From the IMG/VR virus record IMGVR_UViG_3300017913_001833, positions 1-64,000 of that record: a stretch of 64,000 nucleotides of DNA, one strand, 5' to 3'. The translations under genes were made by a program, and so were the position numbers. The stretch comes from a virus. Taxonomy: Duplodnaviria; Caudoviricetes. Every line of letters begins with the position of its first letter. The first letter of the stretch is position 1. The notes under the pieces were generated by a model. That model searched no databases, had not been told where the DNA came from, and saw only the letters and a program-made list of their open reading frames with translations. Shown here piece by piece: positions 19,955 to 30,082 of this stretch.

Positions 19955-21970
19955 ATGAGTGAAAAGTACTACCAGCTAGGAACACATACTTCAGAACAGT
20001 GGGCCGAATTACACGCAGAATTAATAGCAGATGGCAACACATATGAATCTGTGCCTAGTAGAGAAGTTACGGTTGAAGATGAAAAACTACACAGTCCTAC
20101 TAGAGGCTCTTACCTACTAACTGACGAAGAAGCGACAGCATTAAAAGCAGACCCTAGGGTAAAATTTATTAACGTAGATTACATGAAGTATCCTGAAACG
20201 TATGCTCCTCCACCAGATGAAATATATGCTACTCCCCCACAACTTATCGATAGATATTCATCTTCTGTCAAAGTTTATAGAGAGTTTGAAGTATCTAACA
20301 CATTGAATAGTTCTCATGTAAACAGAACTGGTTATCAATTATGGCGACATATGCAAAAATTAGATCCTTGGGTAGCCAATGGTTATGCAGATAACTTTGT
20401 GGCTGATGTAGAAATAAAACAACTAGGTACAGGAAAAGATGTAGATGTAATTGTTGCAGATGATGGTGCTGGATGGATAGGACATCCAGAGTTCCAGAAT
20501 AATTGCACTGATGCACCTGCACCTGCTGATTACGTTGGCGGCAATTTGTTGCCAGGTAACGGCACTTGCGATCTGTTAGATTTGGTTTTAGATGCTCCTT
20601 ATTACCTAGATCCAGACTATTTTAACGCAAATGCGGCATCTAGGCTTACAACAAGATTTGACGGTACAACTGTTCCTGTAGAAAGTGTTGCTAGAAGCTG
20701 GTGGACAAATGCATCTAATAGAAGTGCAAAGTTTCAATCATTTGGTACAGTGAGTTCGTTAACTTCGTCTTACACTAGAGCTAACTGCAATGGTAGCAAC
20801 ACTAGTGTTCCAGGAGGTACAATATGTAGACACTCTACTCCTTGTTGTGCATTAACTTTTGGCAGAACGCAAGGTTGGGCATACAATGCAAATAAATGGG
20901 TGTTAAATTTATATGGTTCGCTTGGTTCAGGCATTGAACAAGGTTTTGATATGCAAAAACTATTTCATCAGATGAAACCTATAAATCCAGAATACGGAAA
21001 TAAAAATCCTACTGTTAGTTCAAACAGTTGGGGATACAGATCAAATAAAAATCCAGTAGGACTATACTATTATCATTTTAGAGGTGGTTCTCCACAGCCA
21101 TATTCATCAGAACCAACTTGGATAAGTCACATGGGCACACAAGGAGACAATGGACGTTGGAAATCTGAAATGAAAACTAACTCATTGACTACAGCTCTAG
21201 ATGAACTATGTGATTCAGGTGTAATATTTGTATGTGCGGCAGGCAACAGCAATCAAAAACAAGTTGATGACGGACATCCTGATTTTAACAATTATATCGC
21301 TACAAATAATACAGACACATTAGAGGAAAGCACCTTTTCAGAATTTAGTGTTGAAGTTACTGGAACAACAAACAGGAGAGGCTTTCCACAGCAAGGTGGT
21401 AAACATATTAACAGCGAGGGTAAAATAGATTACAAAACAATTAACATAGGTGCGTTAGATGATGATTTTAAATCATCTAAAGAAGCAAAAGTAGGTTATA
21501 GTGATCGCGGTGAATCTATTGATTGTTATCTTGCGGCTGATGGTACACTTGCAGCGAATGTAAAATATGCTCCCGAAGGTGACTATCCATCTACTTATCC
21601 AGGCTTTACTTACAACAGTGGTTCAGGATCAGGTGTTGGAGAAGATACAGGGTTTGGCGGCACTAGTGCAGCATGTCCGGTAGCTGCCGGATTTATATCT
21701 ACAATATTAGAACACAACAGAGACTGGACTTATAAAAACATAAAACGATGGATCAAACGTTTAGATAACCAAGATGCATCAAACTTTTACACAGGTACAG
21801 AATCTACCACAGTCAATGATTCCAACTGGACTGATTATAATAGTTTAGAAGGCGGCGATCCAAAAGTTCTTTATCAAGCAAACATAGATAGAAGAACACG
21901 CAAAGGAAAAAGAAGAATGTTCAGCCGAGGCATACAAATCAATAATGCCAATATTAGGATAAAGAAATAA
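19955..21970 (+). CDS. Subtilisin-like (S8) serine protease, probably virion-associated
   Basis: VIVADDG (Asp), RHSTPC (His), AAGN (oxyanion hole), GGTSAACP (Ser). Confidence 0.75.
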   Translation: MSEKYYQLGTHTSEQWAELHAELIADGNTYESVPSREVTVEDEKLHSPTRGSYLLTDEEATALKADPRVKFINVDYMKYPETYAPPPDEIYATPPQLIDRYSSSVKVYREFEVSNTLNSSHVNRTGYQLWRHMQKLDPWVANGYADNFVADVEIKQLGTGKDVDVIVADDGAGWIGHPEFQNNCTDAPAPADYVGGNLLPGNGTCDLLDLVLDAPYYLDPDYFNANAASRLTTRFDGTTVPVESVARSWWTNASNRSAKFQSFGTVSSLTSSYTRANCNGSNTSVPGGTICRHSTPCCALTFGRTQGWAYNANKWVLNLYGSLGSGIEQGFDMQKLFHQMKPINPEYGNKNPTVSSNSWGYRSNKNPVGLYYYHFRGGSPQPYSSEPTWISHMGTQGDNGRWKSEMKTNSLTTALDELCDSGVIFVCAAGNSNQKQVDDGHPDFNNYIATNNTDTLEESTFSEFSVEVTGTTNRRGFPQQGGKHINSEGKIDYKTINIGALDDDFKSSKEAKVGYSDRGESIDCYLAADGTLAANVKYAPEGDYPSTYPGFTYNSGSGSGVGEDTGFGGTSAACPVAAGFISTILEHNRDWTYKNIKRWIKRLDNQDASNFYTGTESTTVNDSNWTDYNSLEGGDPKVLYQANIDRRTRKGKRRMFSRGIQINNANIRIKK

Positions 21971-21974
21971 ATCG

Positions 21975-23564
21975 ATGAGCGAGAAAGAATACATTGTAAG
22001 TCTCGCAAAAAACGTAGACTACAACCAATTTAACCAAGAGATGATTGCAAGCACGGGCGCAGGTGCTATACCTGGACGCAGTGTTGATGTTGCTAATGCT
22101 CGTCCTGGTTCTAAAAGAAATACCCACTATGCATTAACAGAAGAAGAAGTTGTTGAACTACGCAACGATCCTAGAGTTCTTGATGTAGCAGTACCACCTG
22201 ATCAAGATGACAGTTTGGAAATTGGTTTACATGCAAGGTACAGTGGAATTTTTTACAAAGGCACTGATGACGGTGGTGAATACATAGACTGGGGTAAACG
22301 TAGACATAGCATACAAGAAGAAACAACCACTTGGTATCCTCAACTTTCGGGTTCATATGATTATTCACTAGACGGATCAGGAGTTGATGTTGTTATACAA
22401 GATAGCGGCCTACAAGTTGACCATCCAGAATTTACAGATGAAAACGGCAACAGCAGAGTACAACAGATAGACTGGTATGCTGAAAGCGGACTTAGCGGAA
22501 CACAAAGCCCAAACCATTATAGAGATTTAGACGGACACGGCACTCACTGTGCAGGAACAGCTGCAGGTAAAACATTTGGTTGGGCTAAAGGCAGTAGAAT
22601 ATACAGTGTAAAAGTTAACGGACTAGAAGGTACAGGAGATAGTGGTACAGGTATAGGCATATCAGATGTATTTGATGTTATAAAACTATGGCATCGTAAC
22701 AAGCCAATTGATCCTATTACAGGTAAAAAACGTCCTACCATCGTAAATGCAAGTTGGGGATACAGCCAAGGCGGATCAGGAATACAGAATGTTGTATACA
22801 GAGGCACACAGTATAACTTAGACGGTAGCGGTGGTGCAACAGCAGATCCTAGTTTTAGTAGTAATCCTAATACTCACATGCGAGATACATATGGAATCTA
22901 TCCATATTTAACACAGTCAGGATATAGACTGCCTCTTCGTGTAACAAGCGTTGACACTGATGTACAAGAACTTATAGATGAAGGAGTGCATATTTGTATC
23001 GCTGCAGGTAACAATAGTTTTAAGGTAGATTCAACGACAGGAGATGACTACGACAACAGAGTTAGTATCAGTGGCTTCACCCGTTATTACCATAGAGGAA
23101 GTTCACCTTATGACACTGAAGCATTTATGGTAGGAAGTTTACTAAGTGAAAATGCGGCAGGAGATAGAAAAGTAGACTTCAGTACAACTGGTCCAGGTGT
23201 TGACATTTATGCGGCAGGTGACGAAATCACAAGTGCTACAAGCAATACAAATAAGTTTGCGGATGCAGCATATTGGGGAGATAGCAATTTTAGACAGTGC
23301 AACATCAATGGAACTAGCATGGCTGCTCCGCAAGTGTGTGGCGTAGGTGCACTATATCTACAAGCAAATCCAATGCTTACACCTGCACAACTTAAAAGCA
23401 TGTTACACAATGACAGCAGTGAAACAATGGTTGCTGGCAATCTTACAGGATATGGATCATTAAATGACGCTATGGGCGGCCCTAGACGGGTGCTTGTATC
23501 ACGTTATACAAACTATATTCCATACACAAACACTTTATCAGGTAAATACAATATAAGGAGTTAG
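21975..23564 (+). CDS. Subtilisin-like (S8) serine protease, probably virion-associated
   Basis: VVIQDSG, HGTHCAG, AAGN, GTSMAAP. Confidence 0.9.
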   Translation: MSEKEYIVSLAKNVDYNQFNQEMIASTGAGAIPGRSVDVANARPGSKRNTHYALTEEEVVELRNDPRVLDVAVPPDQDDSLEIGLHARYSGIFYKGTDDGGEYIDWGKRRHSIQEETTTWYPQLSGSYDYSLDGSGVDVVIQDSGLQVDHPEFTDENGNSRVQQIDWYAESGLSGTQSPNHYRDLDGHGTHCAGTAAGKTFGWAKGSRIYSVKVNGLEGTGDSGTGIGISDVFDVIKLWHRNKPIDPITGKKRPTIVNASWGYSQGGSGIQNVVYRGTQYNLDGSGGATADPSFSSNPNTHMRDTYGIYPYLTQSGYRLPLRVTSVDTDVQELIDEGVHICIAAGNNSFKVDSTTGDDYDNRVSISGFTRYYHRGSSPYDTEAFMVGSLLSENAAGDRKVDFSTTGPGVDIYAAGDEITSATSNTNKFADAAYWGDSNFRQCNINGTSMAAPQVCGVGALYLQANPMLTPAQLKSMLHNDSSETMVAGNLTGYGSLNDAMGGPRRVLVSRYTNYIPYTNTLSGKYNIRS

Positions 23565-23566
23565 TA

Positions 23567-24244
23567 ATGGCTATACAAACAATTAATATTGGTAATATCG
23601 CTAACGATGGCACAGGTGATGATATACGTGTAGCCTTTGGTAAAGTAAACGATAACTTTGAAGAACTTGATTTACGCAATCCTGGTTCGCTGACAGCAAG
23701 CAATCTTGGCTCTTTAGGCGAAGGAGTTTTTGCACAAAAGGAAGGAACCGATCTACAGTTTAAAAAACTAATAGGCGGTACAGGAACTACACTTTCAGCA
23801 AGTGGTGATACAATTACTATAGATGGAAGTGCTATTGGCACACTTACCATAGGCACTGATAACGGAAGTGTAATTGTTAACACAAGCACAACAATAAGTG
23901 TCAACGGTGGCAACGGTATTGCAACAAGACAAAACGGCAATCAAATTATAGCTGACATAGAAGCAGGTGCTTTGTCATATGATACAAATCCAACCTTAGG
24001 CGGAGACCTAGACGGTAATGGAAATAATATTGTTGGTGTAAACAATATTACAGCAACCAATGTTAATGCACTAGTTTACGATACAGATATTAGAAATATT
24101 AACACTTTCTTAACAGGTTTTGATTTTAAAGGAATGAAAGCAGAAGTTAACAACATGGTGGACTTTATACTTGCAACCACTGATGTTGACTACGGTAGTG
24201 TTGCAAGTGCATCAGACTTCAGTAGTGACTTTGGCACATTCTAA
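23567..24244 (+). CDS. Baseplate/tail protein with gp9/gp10-like N-terminus
   Basis: MAIQTINIG..NDGTGDDIRVAFGKVNDNFEEL. Confidence 0.75.
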   Translation: MAIQTINIGNIANDGTGDDIRVAFGKVNDNFEELDLRNPGSLTASNLGSLGEGVFAQKEGTDLQFKKLIGGTGTTLSASGDTITIDGSAIGTLTIGTDNGSVIVNTSTTISVNGGNGIATRQNGNQIIADIEAGALSYDTNPTLGGDLDGNGNNIVGVNNITATNVNALVYDTDIRNINTFLTGFDFKGMKAEVNNMVDFILATTDVDYGSVASASDFSSDFGTF

Positions 24245-24253
24245 GGGTAACGA

Positions 24254-26755
24254 ATGGCAGACTATTGGACTAGAAAATCAGGAGATACACTAGCTGTACT
24301 CCAAGAGAGGGTAACTACAACAGTTCCACTTCCACTTGGAGAAACAAACGCAACCGTGGCTGTAATAGGCGGCGAACTTCCTGCAGGACTACGTTTAGAA
24401 GGTTCTACTCTAGTTGGTACTCCATTTGAAGTAGCAAGAGATAAAACTAGTCAATTTGTGTTACGTGCAACTTACAATAATCTTATTAGTGATAGAACAT
24501 ATAAAATAGTTGTACAAGGACCAGATGCTCCTGAATGGCAAACACCAAAAGATTTACTTCCAGTAGGTAAAGGTGATGCATACTTTGTACTAGATAACCA
24601 ACTAGTAGATTTTCAATTGACAGCAACTGATAACGACTTAGCTACAGGACAAAAGTTGACATACTTTATTGGTAGTGGTGACGGAGTACTACCTCCAGGA
24701 CTAAGTCTAAGCACCAGCGGAAAGATTTCTGGTATTGTAGATCCTATACTTGCTCTTACACAAGAAACAGGCGACGGAGGATTTGATACACACAAATATG
24801 GTGATGCGGCATTTGATTATGCAGTAAAAAGCGATAACGGATATGAAAGTTTCTTTTACGATAGTGTAACATACGATACAAGCACACCAACAAGATCACC
24901 AAAAAAATTAAATAGATATTTTGAATTTACTGTAAGTGTATCAGATGGAGATGTAATAGCAAGAAGAACATTTAGAATATATGTTATAGGGGATGATTTC
25001 TTACGTGCAGACAACACAATCCTACAAGTAGGGTCAGGAACATTTACAGCAGACAACACATTCATAAGAACTCCTATTTGGCTTACACCGGGCAACTTAG
25101 GATACAAACGAGCTAATAACTATATTACACTATTCCTAGATGTCATTGATAGTAACTTACTTACAGGTGTACTAACATTTGAATTAAGAGATACAAATGA
25201 TGACGGCACACCTAGTGTTTTACCAGAAGGACTTGCAATTGATACTTCGACAGGTGAAATAGCAGGTAGTGTAGGATATCAACCTCAAGTAACAAAAGAC
25301 TTTAAATTTACAGTAAGAGCTAAAAGATCAATTGGTCAGGAAGCAGAATCAACGTTCAAAGATAAAACATTTACATTAACAATTTTAGGTGATGTGGACA
25401 GTTCACTTACATGGATAACACCAACTAACCTAGGATCTATTAGTAGTAATTATATTTCAACACTGGCTGTAGAAGCAACTACAAATGTTCCAAACGGCGT
25501 TTTACTTTATACACTAGAGAGTGGCACATTACCACCTGGTTTGAAACTAAGTCTTACAGGCGCTTTGCAAGGAAAAATCAATAGTTTCGGAAGCGCAGGA
25601 AATCCAGGACTAACAGTATTTGACTCAGGAGATCTTACATTAGATAATAATGTTACCAGTGTAGACAGAAAATATAGATTTACAATTGGTGTACAGGATC
25701 AATATGCATTCAGTAAGATAACAAAAGAATTTACAGTTGATATAACAGATCCAGATGATAAGCTATACAGTAATTTATATTTCAGACCATTCTTTAAAAA
25801 TGCACAAAAAGATGTATTTGATACGTTCATTAGTGACCCTAGTATATTTTTACCAGATGCTATTTACAGACCAGATGACAAATTTTTTGGCTTGCAAACA
25901 GAAATGAAAATGTTAATGTATGCTGGCCTTGAAACAAAAACTGCACCTAATTATGTTGCGGCCGCTGCCAAGAACCACACTAGAAAAAATTTACTATTTG
26001 GTGAAGTGAAAACAGCAGTAGCAAAAACACCAGGTACAAATAACATAGTCTATGAAATTGTATATGTAGATATTATTGACCCCCAAGATAAAAAGGGTAT
26101 GGCTAAAAAGATAAAGATTAACAATAACAAATTCAATATTAACCAAGGCGGCTTAAATACTGATTATGAATTTTATGACTACGGTGAAATAGGTGGTATA
26201 TCTAGTTCTGCTAGAGCATCAGGTGATGAACTTATTCCTATAGGCAGTAGTTTAGAAGTATTTACAAGGACTGGTAGATCATTAGTTACATCAGGAAGTA
26301 GTGTAAGCATTTCTGCTAGATCAGGAGATTTTTCAATAACAGTTTCTACAAGCACACCACCACCAGACAGGCTACGTCCTGCAAAATCTAATCCTATTAA
26401 AGTAGATACAGATGCTTTGACAATAGACGGCGGTAATGATAATGTAAGATACATTTCAAATATTACAAATATGCGTGATAATTTGAAACAAGTGGGTGCC
26501 ACAGAAAAAGCATTTTTACCATTATGGATGCGTACTGCACAAGCAGGAAGTATTGCACCACCTGGATTTACACCTGCAATACCATTGTGCTATTGTAAAC
26601 CAGGTAGAAGCGCAGAAGTTTTGTTAAGAATAAAAAATAGAAAGTTTGACTTTAAACAATTCAACTTTGACGTTGACAGATATATAATTGATAGTACTAC
26701 AGGAAATGGCAATGAGAGTTATATTGTGTTCCAAAACTATGAATATAACGTATAG
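24254..26755 (+). CDS. Baseplate wedge-like protein with putative Ig (He_PIG-like) repeats
   Basis: Repeated G.LP.GL.L...G.I.G motifs. Confidence 0.7.
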   Translation: MADYWTRKSGDTLAVLQERVTTTVPLPLGETNATVAVIGGELPAGLRLEGSTLVGTPFEVARDKTSQFVLRATYNNLISDRTYKIVVQGPDAPEWQTPKDLLPVGKGDAYFVLDNQLVDFQLTATDNDLATGQKLTYFIGSGDGVLPPGLSLSTSGKISGIVDPILALTQETGDGGFDTHKYGDAAFDYAVKSDNGYESFFYDSVTYDTSTPTRSPKKLNRYFEFTVSVSDGDVIARRTFRIYVIGDDFLRADNTILQVGSGTFTADNTFIRTPIWLTPGNLGYKRANNYITLFLDVIDSNLLTGVLTFELRDTNDDGTPSVLPEGLAIDTSTGEIAGSVGYQPQVTKDFKFTVRAKRSIGQEAESTFKDKTFTLTILGDVDSSLTWITPTNLGSISSNYISTLAVEATTNVPNGVLLYTLESGTLPPGLKLSLTGALQGKINSFGSAGNPGLTVFDSGDLTLDNNVTSVDRKYRFTIGVQDQYAFSKITKEFTVDITDPDDKLYSNLYFRPFFKNAQKDVFDTFISDPSIFLPDAIYRPDDKFFGLQTEMKMLMYAGLETKTAPNYVAAAAKNHTRKNLLFGEVKTAVAKTPGTNNIVYEIVYVDIIDPQDKKGMAKKIKINNNKFNINQGGLNTDYEFYDYGEIGGISSSARASGDELIPIGSSLEVFTRTGRSLVTSGSSVSISARSGDFSITVSTSTPPPDRLRPAKSNPIKVDTDALTIDGGNDNVRYISNITNMRDNLKQVGATEKAFLPLWMRTAQAGSIAPPGFTPAIPLCYCKPGRSAEVLLRIKNRKFDFKQFNFDVDRYIIDSTTGNGNESYIVFQNYEYNV

Positions 26756-26783
26756 GGCTGATAAATACATTAGGAGATAAAAT

Positions 26784-27377
26784 ATGGCCAGTAATATAAA
26801 TTCAAGTGATATTGATGCTAACTATCCTGTAGCAGGGCAAGACAATGACTCTCAGGGTTTTAGAGACAATTTCAATACTATAAAAAACAGTTTAGCAACT
26901 GCTAAAACAGAAATAACAGCATTACAAGATGATACTGCAAAAACCAATGCAGCAAATGACTTCAACGGAAATACTATTCGTGAAGCAAATATGCAAGCAA
27001 ATACAGAAGTAATTTATGCTACAGGTAACCTTGAAAGTAACACTAATATAGATTTTAACAACGGCCATTATCAAATTGTTACTGTGACAGGCACTGTTAC
27101 ACTTACGCTCACTAACTGGGCTGCAACTGGCAGACTTTGTAAACTAAGAATTGAACTAAAAGCCGATGGCACTGCAGAACAAGATCCTGTTGTAACATTT
27201 AGTGCTGGAAGTAATACCCTTAAATTAGACAAGGGATTTTTGTTAAGTGATAGTAGTGTACAAGGACAAATGACTAATCCGTTTACTGTAGATCGTAACG
27301 AAACATATATTATCGACTTTTGGACGCACAATGGCGGCCTTACTGTATACGCTCAAAAATCAGGCACATTTGAATAA
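26784..27377 (+). CDS. Virion structural protein (baseplate/tail)
   Basis: YPVAGQDNDSQGFRDNF N-terminus; TAAATA at 26762; AGGAG RBS. Confidence 0.65.
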   Translation: MASNINSSDIDANYPVAGQDNDSQGFRDNFNTIKNSLATAKTEITALQDDTAKTNAANDFNGNTIREANMQANTEVIYATGNLESNTNIDFNNGHYQIVTVTGTVTLTLTNWAATGRLCKLRIELKADGTAEQDPVVTFSAGSNTLKLDKGFLLSDSSVQGQMTNPFTVDRNETYIIDFWTHNGGLTVYAQKSGTFE

Positions 27378-27613
27378 TGTTTAATCCCCTAGCTACAGAC
27401 TTTTATGATCTTAGTGATAAGCAATTAGAAGAAAGACTAGGTGAGCTTAACAGAAAATACTATATGACACAAAATCCACAAGTGCAGTCACAAATGGCTG
27501 TTCTTATTGAGCAGATGCGTGAAGAAGTGAGAACACGTAACGCTAGAGCAAAAGTGCAAGAAAATCCAGATCAAGACAATAAAGGACTTGACAATCTCAT
27601 CAACATCAGTTAA
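27377..27613 (+). CDS. Hypothetical protein
   Basis: TAATG-coupled ORF, helical. Confidence 0.7.
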   Translation: MFNPLATDFYDLSDKQLEERLGELNRKYYMTQNPQVQSQMAVLIEQMREEVRTRNARAKVQENPDQDNKGLDNLINIS

Positions 27614-27616
27614 TAT
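27588..27616 (+). promoter_or_regulatory. Sigma70-type promoter, probably giving a leaderless mRNA
   Basis: TTGACA-N17-TAATAT, ATG 6 nt downstream, no SD. Confidence 0.65.
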
Positions 27617-27622
27617 AGATGT

Positions 27623-28153
27623 ATGCTTATGAAAACAGACGACTTAGGTATCCCGCGATTCAGTAATCGTGACCTTGTAGATATGATATATTCAGGTCAT
27701 GTTGACAAGTGTCATGTTGTGCTATGTGACGAATCTGATGATGTAGATAGATTCAATCAAGCAATGACTGAACAAGGTTTACCCGAACTCCAGAAATATA
27801 TTCCATTAGACGTAGATCAAAAGACATTTGACGATGTATGTCAATCAGAATGGTTTATGCCACAGTCTTACAAAGATATAAATGTGTATGAATATGTACT
27901 TGGTAAGCTCAGTTCACCTGCAGAAGATGCAACTATGAAGCGTGTATGGGAAGAATTAGATGCGTTTGAAGAACGTGATATGCACAACTTATTAAGATAT
28001 ATGATCTATCTTGTGGACTTTATGCGTGAGAATGGTATAGTATGGGGTGTAGGTAGAGGATCTAGTGTAGCAAGTTATGTGCTATATTTGATCGGTGTAC
28101 ACCGTATTGATTCAATCCAATATGACCTGGATTGGAGAGAGTTCCTAAGATAA
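27623..28153 (+). CDS. DNA polymerase III alpha (DnaE) N-terminal palm fragment, stand-alone
   Basis: RVWEEL..GIVWGVGRGSSVASYVLYLIGVHRIDSIQYDLDWREFLR aligns with DnaE [39 protein letters not shown]. Confidence 0.85.
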   Translation: MLMKTDDLGIPRFSNRDLVDMIYSGHVDKCHVVLCDESDDVDRFNQAMTEQGLPELQKYIPLDVDQKTFDDVCQSEWFMPQSYKDINVYEYVLGKLSSPAEDATMKRVWEELDAFEERDMHNLLRYMIYLVDFMRENGIVWGVGRGSSVASYVLYLIGVHRIDSIQYDLDWREFLR

Positions 28154-28176
28154 GTAAAGAATAAAGGAGAAACGTT

Positions 28177-28485
28177 ATGGCTATGAAACAAGTGGGACGC
28201 AAACAGTACAGATCAATGCAAGGTAAAGCAATTGATATGGACATGCTTCGTCAAAAAAATGAACTTACTCCTGCTGTTGGTAATGTTAGAGTCAACGCTA
28301 GAGGCGATGAACTAGGTCCAGGTGGACAAATTATCAAAAAGCGTGAAGATGTTCTAAAAGAATACTATGAAGAAAATCCAGCAATGCCAGATGAAATTGC
28401 TGTGAAGAAGCCTACTGCACAAGTTGAAGAACAAGACGAGTGGGTAGAAGATGAAAACGGTGATTTTGTAAAAAGAGGCGAATAA
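28177..28485 (+). CDS. Hypothetical phage protein
   Basis: AGGAG RBS; TAAGTA element at 28151; coupled to GroES. Confidence 0.75.
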   Translation: MAMKQVGRKQYRSMQGKAIDMDMLRQKNELTPAVGNVRVNARGDELGPGGQIIKKREDVLKEYYEENPAMPDEIAVKKPTAQVEEQDEWVEDENGDFVKRGE

Positions 28486-28868
28486 TGATAAAAGGAAAAC
28501 TTACCCCAATCAAAGCAAATGTTCTAGTTGAAGAAATGAACTTCGGTGAACAAAAGACCAAAGCAGGACTGATCATTATGAGTGATGACGGTATTGATAG
28601 AGGTATCCGTCCACGTTGGGCAAAAGTTTATGCAAAAGGCAAAGACAATACAGATCCTTATAATGTTGGTGATTATGTTTTAGTTGAACACGGTCGATGG
28701 ACACGTGGCGTTGAACTAGAAGATGATGATGGAAACCAAAAGACATTGCGTATGGCAGAAAAAGAAAGTATACTAATGTATAGTGATAAGTTGCCAGAAG
28801 ATGTCAACTTTGGTATAGAAACTGATCTAAGTCAACCAGCACATAAAGCAGAGGATTTTGTAAACTAA
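28485..28868 (+). CDS. groES: Co-chaperonin GroES (gp31-like)
   Basis: LTPI..NVLV, EQKTKAGLII mobile loop, V.A.G, VGDYVL. Confidence 0.85.
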   Translation: MIKGKLTPIKANVLVEEMNFGEQKTKAGLIIMSDDGIDRGIRPRWAKVYAKGKDNTDPYNVGDYVLVEHGRWTRGVELEDDDGNQKTLRMAEKESILMYSDKLPEDVNFGIETDLSQPAHKAEDFVN

Positions 28869-29278
28869 TGAGTAAACAAGTAGATCTAAATTCGTACAAA
28901 GATTTTGTACAAGAAGTGACCAGTGCAGAAAGCAATGCGTTTGGTGCTATGAACAAACGCATGGAAGTATTAAGTGATGCAGGCATCAATCCTGCACTGC
29001 TAATGACAGGTGCAATTGGTATTGCAAGCGAAGGAGGCGAATTTGCAGAAATTGTTAAAAAGTGTATCTTCCAAGGTAAACCAATGGACAATGAAACTGT
29101 ATTTCACTGTAAACGAGAACTTGGTGATATTATGTGGTATTGGATTAATTCTTGCCGTGCTTTGGGCTTGGACCCAAACGAGGTAGTAGCAGAGAATGTC
29201 AACAAACTAAAAGCACGTTACCCTGGTGGTGAATTCGACGTGTACTATTCCGAAAACAGAAAAGAAGGCGACCTGTAA
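28868..29278 (+). CDS. MazG-like NTP pyrophosphohydrolase
   Basis: GIASEGGEFAEIVKK, ELGDIMWY, NVNKLKARYP. Confidence 0.88.
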   Translation: MSKQVDLNSYKDFVQEVTSAESNAFGAMNKRMEVLSDAGINPALLMTGAIGIASEGGEFAEIVKKCIFQGKPMDNETVFHCKRELGDIMWYWINSCRALGLDPNEVVAENVNKLKARYPGGEFDVYYSENRKEGDL

Positions 29279-29446
29279 GTGCCGCCGGAGTTCCGGACTA
29301 TTGATTGGATAGCAATCTGTGTGTTCACATGGATATTTTATTTAGGTGTAATAGGATTGTTATTTGGAGGCTTCATGGGAGGCATCATTCTATTCTTTGG
29401 TTGGGAACTATGGACACGATACGAGCAGTGGCGTATTAATCAATGA
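29279..29446 (+). CDS. Small membrane protein, 55 aa (not in ORF track)
   Basis: GTG directly after the mazG stop; hydrophobic; ATGA overlap with the next gene. Confidence 0.55.
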   Translation: MPPEFRTIDWIAICVFTWIFYLGVIGLLFGGFMGGIILFFGWELWTRYEQWRINQ

Positions 29447-30024
29447 ACTATGAAAAAAGAAAAATCCTTACAGACGTTGATGGCGTTGTATTGGATTGGG
29501 AAGCTAGTTTTACGGCTTGGATGGAAAAAGAAGGATATACTGTCCAAGTTGAAAATGAATACAAACAAAGCAAAAGGTTTGATATTCCACAAGACAAGGC
29601 AGACGAACTTGTCAAAATATTTAATGAAAGTGCATGGATAGGATTTATCAAACCGTTGCGTGATGCAGTGCCTGTTATTGATGAAATGTTGTCCGAACAC
29701 TATCATTTTGAAGCAATTACTAGCCTAAGCACAGATCACTGGGCAGGCGAACTACGTAGAATGAACCTTGAACGTTTCTTTGGCCGCAGTGCATTCCGTA
29801 GAGTACGGTGTATAGAAACAGGCGGCGACAAAAACGATATCCTAAAAGAGTACGAACGTGGACATTGGTGGATTGAAGATAAACCAGAAAACTGTCTAGC
29901 AGGACTAGAAGCAGGACATCGTCCAATCCTAATTGATCATCCATTTAATCGTTGGTTTTCACATCCAGATGTACACCGAGCAGAAAACTTTGCACAAGTG
30001 TGGACAATTATCAAAACCGCATAA
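29443..30024 (+). CDS. HAD-family 5'(3')-deoxyribonucleotidase-like protein
   Basis: DVDGV, ITS, K, IEDK..N motifs. Confidence 0.8.
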   Translation: MNYEKRKILTDVDGVVLDWEASFTAWMEKEGYTVQVENEYKQSKRFDIPQDKADELVKIFNESAWIGFIKPLRDAVPVIDEMLSEHYHFEAITSLSTDHWAGELRRMNLERFFGRSAFRRVRCIETGGDKNDILKEYERGHWWIEDKPENCLAGLEAGHRPILIDHPFNRWFSHPDVHRAENFAQVWTIIKTA

Positions 30025-30029
30025 AGTGG

Positions 30030-30058
30030 TTGACTTCACATACAAATTATCATATAAT
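30030..30058 (+). promoter_or_regulatory. Sigma70-type promoter
   Basis: TTGACT-N17-TATAAT. Confidence 0.75.
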
Positions 30059-30082
30059 AAAAAGCATTACAAGGAGTGATGT

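Noticed and set aside
28177-28485. IDMD in the ORF after the DnaE fragment as the missing catalytic half, or readthrough/frameshift into it
   Set aside because: Lacks the PDxDxDF context and any further DnaE similarity; has its own RBS and late-type element and is coupled to groES
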